43,337 nt of DNA from an uncultured Muribaculaceae bacterium (GTDB taxonomy: Bacteria > Bacillota_I > Bacilli_A > RF39 > UBA660). This document shows positions 37,717 to 43,337 of the stretch, in pieces. Location: positions 1 through 43,337 of the forward strand of contig CAZVIQ010000002.1 in assembly GCA_964626795.1 (NCBI GenBank), written 5' to 3'. A model generated the notes under the pieces. That model did not search any database. It worked only from the letters and a program-made list of their open reading frames with translations, and was not told the origin of the DNA. Position 1 is the first letter of the stretch, and each line of letters starts with the position of its first letter. Position numbers and translations under genes: made by a program.

Positions 37717-38424
37717 ATGTCTAAACCAATAATAGGAATTGTTGAATGGCCTTATACTGATACTGATGGTGATAAAATTTATGAAGTGTTTTCACCAATA
37801 ATTAATAAAGTTTCAAAAGCAGGAGGATTACCTATAGGTATATTTCCTACTCAAGGAATTGAATATACTAACTTTAGAATTAGTGAATTACCTCAACTTA
37901 GCGATAGAAATAAGAAGGATTTAATAGACTCACTTAGAATGTGTCATGCTATAGTTAAACCAGGCGCGACAAGAATATATCCATATGAACGTTTTATTTA
38001 TGATTATGCACGTGAAAAAAACATTCCCTTTCTTGGAATATGCGCAGGTATGCAAATAATAAGTCATTACGGTAAAGAAAATATCGCTAATGAAAGAAAC
38101 GACGCAAACAGTACTATAAGTCATAATAGTAAAGAAGAATATGCTCATGAAGTAACGATATTAAAGAATACTCTTTTACATAGTATTATCGGTAAAGATA
38201 AAATTTCAGTAAATAGTAAACATAATTTTCATGTTCCAGATGCTGGATACAATCTAGTCGCTGCTCTTTCTCCCGATGGAGTAATTGAAGCAGTAGAAAG
38301 TTTTAATGCAGACTTTCATTTAGGGTTACAATGGCATCCTGAATTATTAAATGATGAGTATAGTGAGAGAATTTTTGATGCGTTAATAGATGCATCTTAT
38401 ACATATGGAAAAAAATCTAAATAA
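37717..38424 (+). CDS. Class I glutamine amidotransferase-like / peptidase C26 (gamma-glutamyl-GABA hydrolase family)
   Basis: 235 aa. Nucleophile elbow LGICAGMQ and LGLQWHPE. Confidence 0.75.
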   Translation: MSKPIIGIVEWPYTDTDGDKIYEVFSPIINKVSKAGGLPIGIFPTQGIEYTNFRISELPQLSDRNKKDLIDSLRMCHAIVKPGATRIYPYERFIYDYAREKNIPFLGICAGMQIISHYGKENIANERNDANSTISHNSKEEYAHEVTILKNTLLHSIIGKDKISVNSKHNFHVPDAGYNLVAALSPDGVIEAVESFNADFHLGLQWHPELLNDEYSERIFDALIDASYTYGKKSK

Positions 38425-38477
38425 CAAAGAATCTACTAAAAGTATTTAATTATAATATAAAATAGTTTATAATATTT

Positions 38478-39101
38478 ATGATTGTTATGGATATTATTAA
38501 TTATGATATAAAATTTAAAGAAATTATTAGTAACTTAGAGTATAAACCTAAGTTACTTTTACATGCCTGTTGTGGTCCTTGTAGCAGTTATGTGCTTGAA
38601 CTTCTTTGTGAATATTTTAATATAACAGTTCTTTTTTATAATCCAAATATTTATCCAGAAGAAGAATATATAAAAAGAAAAAAAGAATTAATTAAATTAA
38701 TTAAGCTGATAAATAGAGAAAATATTAAATATTTAGATATTGATTATTTAAATGAAGAATATGACAATAAAGTTATAGGACTTGAAAAAGAAAATGAAGG
38801 TGGACTTAGATGTAATGAGTGTTTTAATTTAAGACTTGAAAAAACCGCAGAATTAGCGTCATTAAATAACTTTGAATACTTTGGTACTACATTGACTGTA
38901 AGTCCTCATAAGAACTCAAAAATAATCAATGGAATAGGGGAAAGGCTTTCAAAAAAATATAATATAAAATATCTTTATTCGGATTTTAAGAAAAATGATG
39001 GATATAAAAAATCTATTATAAATAGTAAAAAATATAATCTATATAGACAAAACTACTGTGGATGTAAATACTCTATTAAAAACGAAGTAAATAATATATA
39101 A
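38478..39101 (+). CDS. queH: Epoxyqueuosine reductase QueH (DUF208)
   Basis: LLHACCGPCS near the N-terminus, LTVSPHKN, and C-terminal YRQNYCGC. Confidence 0.8.
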   Translation: MIVMDIINYDIKFKEIISNLEYKPKLLLHACCGPCSSYVLELLCEYFNITVLFYNPNIYPEEEYIKRKKELIKLIKLINRENIKYLDIDYLNEEYDNKVIGLEKENEGGLRCNECFNLRLEKTAELASLNNFEYFGTTLTVSPHKNSKIINGIGERLSKKYNIKYLYSDFKKNDGYKKSIINSKKYNLYRQNYCGCKYSIKNEVNNI

Positions 39102-39120
39102 TTATATATGAGGAGAAAAA

Positions 39121-39837
39121 ATGGAAGAAGTAAAAATACCTAATCATCTTGCTATAATATTGGATGGAAACGGAAGATGGGCACAGGAAAAAGGTAAAAA
39201 AAGAACTGCTGGACATTATGCTGGATATAAAAATTTAAAAAAAATATCTATATATGCATTAAAAAAAGGAGTTAAATATTTAAGTGTTTATGCATTTTCT
39301 ACAGAAAATTTTAATAGAAGTGAAGAAGAAATAAATTATTTAATGGATTTATTTATTAAATGTTTTAAAAAAGATCAGGAATTTTTTAATAAAAGAAATA
39401 TTAAAGTATTATTTTCAGGGAGAGATAAACCTTTAAGAAATGATATTTTATCTGCCATGGATGAGATAACTGAGACTACTAAGAACAATACAGGTGGTAT
39501 ATTTAATATTTGTCTTAATTATGGTGGACAAAGTGAAATTGTAGATGCAGTTAAAAAAATATCAAAAGATATAATAAAAGGAAAAATAAAAGAACATGAT
39601 ATAAATGAACAAACATTTTATAATTATTTATATAATTCTCTTCCTCCAGTTGATTTTATGATTAGAACAAGTGGAGAGACAAGAATAAGTAATTTTATGT
39701 TATATCAGGTATCATATGCAGAAATGTATTTTCCCAAAGTTTATTTTCCTGATTTCAATGAAAAAGAACTTGATAAAGCATTTATTGAATACACTAGTAG
39801 AGATAGAAGATTTGGCAAAATAAAAAACACAAAATAA
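39121..39837 (+). CDS. uppS: Isoprenyl transferase (undecaprenyl diphosphate synthase)
   Basis: HLAIILDGNGRWA, YAFSTENF and IRTSGETRISNFMLYQ. Confidence 0.92.
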   Translation: MEEVKIPNHLAIILDGNGRWAQEKGKKRTAGHYAGYKNLKKISIYALKKGVKYLSVYAFSTENFNRSEEEINYLMDLFIKCFKKDQEFFNKRNIKVLFSGRDKPLRNDILSAMDEITETTKNNTGGIFNICLNYGGQSEIVDAVKKISKDIIKGKIKEHDINEQTFYNYLYNSLPPVDFMIRTSGETRISNFMLYQVSYAEMYFPKVYFPDFNEKELDKAFIEYTSRDRRFGKIKNTK

Positions 39838-39848
39838 TTTGTGTTTTT
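39822..39848. terminator. Bidirectional terminator hairpin
   Basis: AAAAACACAAA (39822-39832) / TTTGTGTTTTT (38-48 of the same decade), 11 bp with a 5-nt loop. It spans the stop codons of uppS and of the convergent small ORF. Confidence 0.6.
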
Positions 39849-39963
39849 AAATCTTCATAATCATTACAAGTATAGAAGACAATGCCCCTAAACATGTCAA
39901 TATTAATGCAATCCATGTCATAATTAATTTTAATTTTTTCTTTTTAATCTTTATCTTTTTCAT
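39847..39963 (-). CDS. Small membrane protein (38 aa), not in the ORF track
   Basis: MKKIKIKKKKLKLIMTWIALILTCLGALSSILVMIMKI. RBS GAGG lies 6 nt upstream. A basic N-terminus is followed by one TM segment. Confidence 0.4.
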   Translation of the reverse strand: MKKIKIKKKKLKLIMTWIALILTCLGALSSILVMIMKI

Positions 39964-40026
39964 AACAACCTCATTAATATTATATAACATTATGTATAAA
40001 AATAAAATACCTTAATATACTTTATT

Positions 40027-40611
40027 ATGAAAAAAATAATTGATAAGAAAATATTATTTATTTTATTATTAATAGCAGGACTAGGTTTTCTTTTTGGTCT
40101 GGTTTTTATTTTTTTAATTGATAAAATGGACAAGTTAATAATAAAGACAGAAATAACAGAATATATTTCTTTAATTTTAAATAAAAGTTATAGCATTAAG
40201 AAAGGAGTAATGAATGAAATAACTAATAATTTAGTAAATTATTCATTAATATTTATATCTTCGGTTATATTTATACTTTTACCACTTGTTTTATTTTTTG
40301 ATTTTTATATATTTTTTACCTTTGGTTTTATGATTAGTTCGTTTATATATACTTATAAAGTTAAAGGATTAATGTATTTAATATATTTTATTTTTCCATT
40401 TAAAATTCTTAATATATGTTTAATTTTAATGTTTATTATGTTTTCTATAAAATTTTCTAAAAAGATATATTTGTTTTTTAGTACAAATGAAGAAATCAAT
40501 ATAAAACTATATACTAAAAAATATATTATTATTTATTTATTATTTATAGTAACCTCAATTATTATAAGTGTTTTAGAAATGTATTTAAGTTTATTTCTTC
40601 TTACAATATAA
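40027..40611 (+). CDS. Polytopic membrane protein, SpoIIM-like
   Basis: 194 aa. The size, TM layout and soluble linker after TM1 resemble stage II sporulation protein M. No strict motif could be checked. Confidence 0.4.
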   Translation: MKKIIDKKILFILLLIAGLGFLFGLVFIFLIDKMDKLIIKTEITEYISLILNKSYSIKKGVMNEITNNLVNYSLIFISSVIFILLPLVLFFDFYIFFTFGFMISSFIYTYKVKGLMYLIYFIFPFKILNICLILMFIMFSIKFSKKIYLFFSTNEEINIKLYTKKYIIIYLLFIVTSIIISVLEMYLSLFLLTI

Positions 40612-40701
40612 TTTAATTGTTAATACATAAAGAAGAAATTGGCTTTGTAAAATTAGTAAATAAATAAAAATTATATGGTATAATAAAACCAGGTGAAAAC
40701 T

Positions 40702-41793
40702 ATGAAAGTTGTTGTCGGAATGAGTGGGGGAGTAGATAGTGCTGTAGCAGCTTATCTTCTAAAAAAAGAAGGATATGATGTAGTAGGACTATTTATGAAA
40801 AATTGGGATTCCAATATAAATAATGATGCTGAAGGTATTACTGATGATGTATGCCCGCAGGAAAAAGATTTTATAGATGCTAAAAAGGTATGTGATGAAC
40901 TCAATATACCTCTTTATAGAGTGGATTTTATTAAAGAATATTGGGATAATGTTTTTACTTATTTTCTTGAAGAATTAAAAAAAGGAAGAACCCCTAATCC
41001 AGATATAATGTGTAATAAATATATTAAGTTTGATAAATTTATAGAAGAAGCTGAAAAACTTGGAGCAGATAAAGTTGCAACCGGTCATTATGCAAGGCTT
41101 AAAGATAACAGACTATTAAAAGGATTAGATGATAATAAGGATCAGACATATTTTTTAAGTCAGGTTACTAAAAAGCAACTTGAAAATATACTTTTTCCTG
41201 TTGGAGAATATTTAAAAGAAGAAGTAAGAAACATTGCAAAGGAAAATAATATTCCTGTATTTGATAAAAAAGATTCAACAGGTATATGTTTTATAGGTGA
41301 GAGAAACTATCAAAGGTTTGTTTCTAACTATTTAACTGGAGAAGAGGGAAATATTATTGATATAGATACTAAAGAGATAATTGGCACTCATAACGGTCTA
41401 ATGAATTATACAATTGGTCAGAGAAAAAATGTTGGATTAAGTGGTAACAAAGATAAGCACTATGTTGTAGGTAAAGATCTTGAGAATAATATTCTTTATG
41501 TCGCATTTGGTGAAAATAACGAATATCTTTTAAGTGATGAAGCTATTATTGAAAATTTAAATTATATTAGTGATTTAAGACCTGCTGAATGCAATGCTAA
41601 ATTTAGATATAGACAAAAAGATATTCCGGTAACTATAGAATATTTAAAAAATAATGAAATAAAAGTAAAATATAATAATGTAACAGCGGTAACTCCTGGA
41701 CAAGCATGTGTTCTATATTTAGATGATGAATGTATCGGTGGTGGCTTTATAAAGGAAGTTAGAAGGAATAATACTAAACTTTGGTATTTATAA
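40702..41793 (+). CDS. mnmA: tRNA 2-thiouridine(34) synthase MnmA
   Basis: PP-loop VGMSGGVDS, NPDIMCN, ATGHYAR, DQTYFL and TGICFIGE. I prefer ATG 40702 (RBS AGGTGA) over the track's GTG at 40693. Confidence 0.92.
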   Translation: MKVVVGMSGGVDSAVAAYLLKKEGYDVVGLFMKNWDSNINNDAEGITDDVCPQEKDFIDAKKVCDELNIPLYRVDFIKEYWDNVFTYFLEELKKGRTPNPDIMCNKYIKFDKFIEEAEKLGADKVATGHYARLKDNRLLKGLDDNKDQTYFLSQVTKKQLENILFPVGEYLKEEVRNIAKENNIPVFDKKDSTGICFIGERNYQRFVSNYLTGEEGNIIDIDTKEIIGTHNGLMNYTIGQRKNVGLSGNKDKHYVVGKDLENNILYVAFGENNEYLLSDEAIIENLNYISDLRPAECNAKFRYRQKDIPVTIEYLKNNEIKVKYNNVTAVTPGQACVLYLDDECIGGGFIKEVRRNNTKLWYL

Positions 41794-41839
41794 ATATATA
41801 GTACAAAAAATGTAAATTTAAAAGAATTAAACTAATAAC

Positions 41840-41869
41840 TTGACAGTTAAGTGTAAAGTGTTATACAAT
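41840..41869 (+). promoter_or_regulatory. Candidate promoter of the HTH gene
   Basis: Consensus TTGACA (41840-41845) with TACAAT at 41864-41869 (18-nt spacer). Confidence 0.45.
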
Positions 41870-41897
41870 TAAAGAGTAAGATAAGGAGAAGATTTAA

Positions 41898-42674
41898 ATG
41901 AGTTATTTAAATGATTTATTACAAGAGTTAGGAATTTCAAAAGTAAAATTAGCTAAGTATTTAGGAGTTTCAAGGCAAATGATATATAATTACTTAGAAC
42001 TTGAAAGTTTAAACAAGTGGCCAAAAGAGAAAAAAATATTATTATTTAAATTATTAGATATAAAAGACGGAGACGAGGATACTTTAAAAACTATAAAGGT
42101 AGATGCTGAATATTTAGAAGGAGTAGAGTTAAGATTAAATCAAAATCTTAAGGAAGAATCTTTTTTAACTGATCAGTACTTTGATATGAAAAATTTAACT
42201 AAAGAAGAACAGGTTTTATTAAATGATTTAATTTTCTTAATTAAAGAGAAATTTAGTGATGAGAAGAAGAAAGATACATATTATTCATTTCTATATCTTT
42301 ATCATACACTTCAGTCAATTGATAATATACCAGAGATTAAATATATATTTGGATATTTATCAAAAAAGACAGGATTTACAGATCCTTTAGAATTTAAATT
42401 CAATGAAACTGCACAGTTTATGTTAGAAAGTATAATATTTACTGCATTTAATCTTTATAGTAATGGTGGTGCGACAAAAAGTAAACTTATTGAATCACAC
42501 AATAGATTTGTAGATGAATTAAAAAGTAAAAAAGAAGAGCAGCTTAGTAGAACTCAGCAATTAAATACAGTTAAGATACAGGCGTTAAAAGAACTAGGAT
42601 ATACCGAAATAACTGGTGATAATGCTTCAGAAGTATTTAATAAAATAGCAGAAATTCAATCTAGAGGAGTATAA
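41898..42674 (+). CDS. XRE-type helix-turn-helix protein with an unknown 190-aa C-terminal domain
   Basis: N-terminus LGISKVKLAKYLGVSRQMIYNYLE is a typical HTH_3 segment. The rest is unassigned. RBS AAGGAG. Confidence 0.6.
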   Translation: MSYLNDLLQELGISKVKLAKYLGVSRQMIYNYLELESLNKWPKEKKILLFKLLDIKDGDEDTLKTIKVDAEYLEGVELRLNQNLKEESFLTDQYFDMKNLTKEEQVLLNDLIFLIKEKFSDEKKKDTYYSFLYLYHTLQSIDNIPEIKYIFGYLSKKTGFTDPLEFKFNETAQFMLESIIFTAFNLYSNGGATKSKLIESHNRFVDELKSKKEEQLSRTQQLNTVKIQALKELGYTEITGDNASEVFNKIAEIQSRGV

Positions 42675-42723
42675 ACAGTAATATTTTCTTGAAGTTTTAA
42701 TATAAATAAATGAGGAGAATTTT

Positions 42724-43337
42724 ATGAAAGAAAAAAGAAGAAAACTATTAGCTTTAATTATATTAATTTCTTTGATAATACCTGCCTTTTATTTGACTGC
42801 AGAATTAATTATCACAAGAGAGTATGACAGTAATAAGATTTTAATTCTTATACAATGTGCTTTAGGTATAGTCGCATTTTTTCTGCCAAATATTATATCA
42901 AAAAAATTAAAACTTGAAATTCCACCTGTAATATATTTTTTATATTTATTTTTTTTATACGGTTCTATCTTTCTAGGGGAGGTAAGGAACTTTTATTATA
43001 AATATGATAATTGGGATACAATACTTCATTTTTCTAGTAGTATGATGCTTGGTTCTATAGGTTTTAGTATTGTACTTCTTTTAAACAAGAATTTAAAAAG
43101 CATGAGTTTGTCACCAATACTTGTATTGATATTCTCTATCTGTTTTGCAATGACAGTGGGTACTATATGGGAAATGTATGAATTCACATTTGATGGATTA
43201 CTTGGAATGAATATGCAAAAATACGCTTTAGAAGATGGCACGGAGCTTATCGGAAGATTAGCATTGGTAGATACTATGAAAGATTTGATAATTGATTTGT
43301 GTGGAGCATCATTAATGTCTATCTTAGGATATTTATC
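42724..43337 (+). CDS. Polytopic membrane protein, truncated by the window end (possibly DUF2238/YjdF-like)
   Basis: The frame is open from ATG 42724 (RBS GAGGAG) to the window end. At least five hydrophobic segments. Motifs are NWDTILHFSSS and WEMYEFTFDG. It is absent from the track because no stop codon falls in the window. Confidence 0.5.
   Translation, partial: MKEKRRKLLALIILISLIIPAFYLTAELIITREYDSNKILILIQCALGIVAFFLPNIISKKLKLEIPPVIYFLYLFFLYGSIFLGEVRNFYYKYDNWDTILHFSSSMMLGSIGFSIVLLLNKNLKSMSLSPILVLIFSICFAMTVGTIWEMYEFTFDGLLGMNMQKYALEDGTELIGRLALVDTMKDLIIDLCGASLMSILGYL

Noticed and set aside
1-43337. Search for CRISPR arrays, IS elements, integrases, recombinases, restriction-modification genes, toxin-antitoxin pairs and known defence genes
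   Set aside because: No ORF in any frame shows transposase, integrase, Cas, nuclease, methylase or reverse-transcriptase motifs that I can recognise. No spaced direct repeats were seen.

Overview
This is a very AT-rich chromosomal segment, by eye well under 30% GC. It comes from a monoderm Bacillota bacterium with sporulation genes (spoIIP, spoIVB and a spoIIM-like gene). Most of the window is housekeeping: a T-box-controlled pheST, lemA with a DUF2207 gene, lepA, hemW, dnaG-sigA-trmK, obg, yqeG-yqeH, mutL-miaA, rpsT, nusB-xseAB, queH, uppS and mnmA. The main accessory region is about 12.2-20.4 kb, between a tRNA-Ser(GCU) gene and dnaG. It holds a compact Tad/Flp-type pilus operon (flp, a class-III GFTLVEL pilin, tadE-like, tadG-like, tadZ, tadA, tadB, tadC). 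No prepilin peptidase is present, and a DUF192 gene is transcribed divergently from the operon. Downstream of tadC lie a 3' gene remnant, a 36-aa membrane ORF, a cytoplasmic leucine-rich-repeat protein and a 497-aa transglutaminase-like protein that appears to lack the catalytic Cys. The remnant is homologous to the C-terminus of an intact 472-aa membrane-anchored protein at 25366-26784, which sits between obg and yqeG. Other oddities are a possibly frameshifted gene pair at 6686-7422 next to a 424-nt gene-free region, repeats beside the tRNA, and several orphan ORFs inside otherwise conserved gene strings. No CRISPR array, transposase or integrase was seen. All protein calls rest on motifs I recognise in the supplied translations; no database search was possible.
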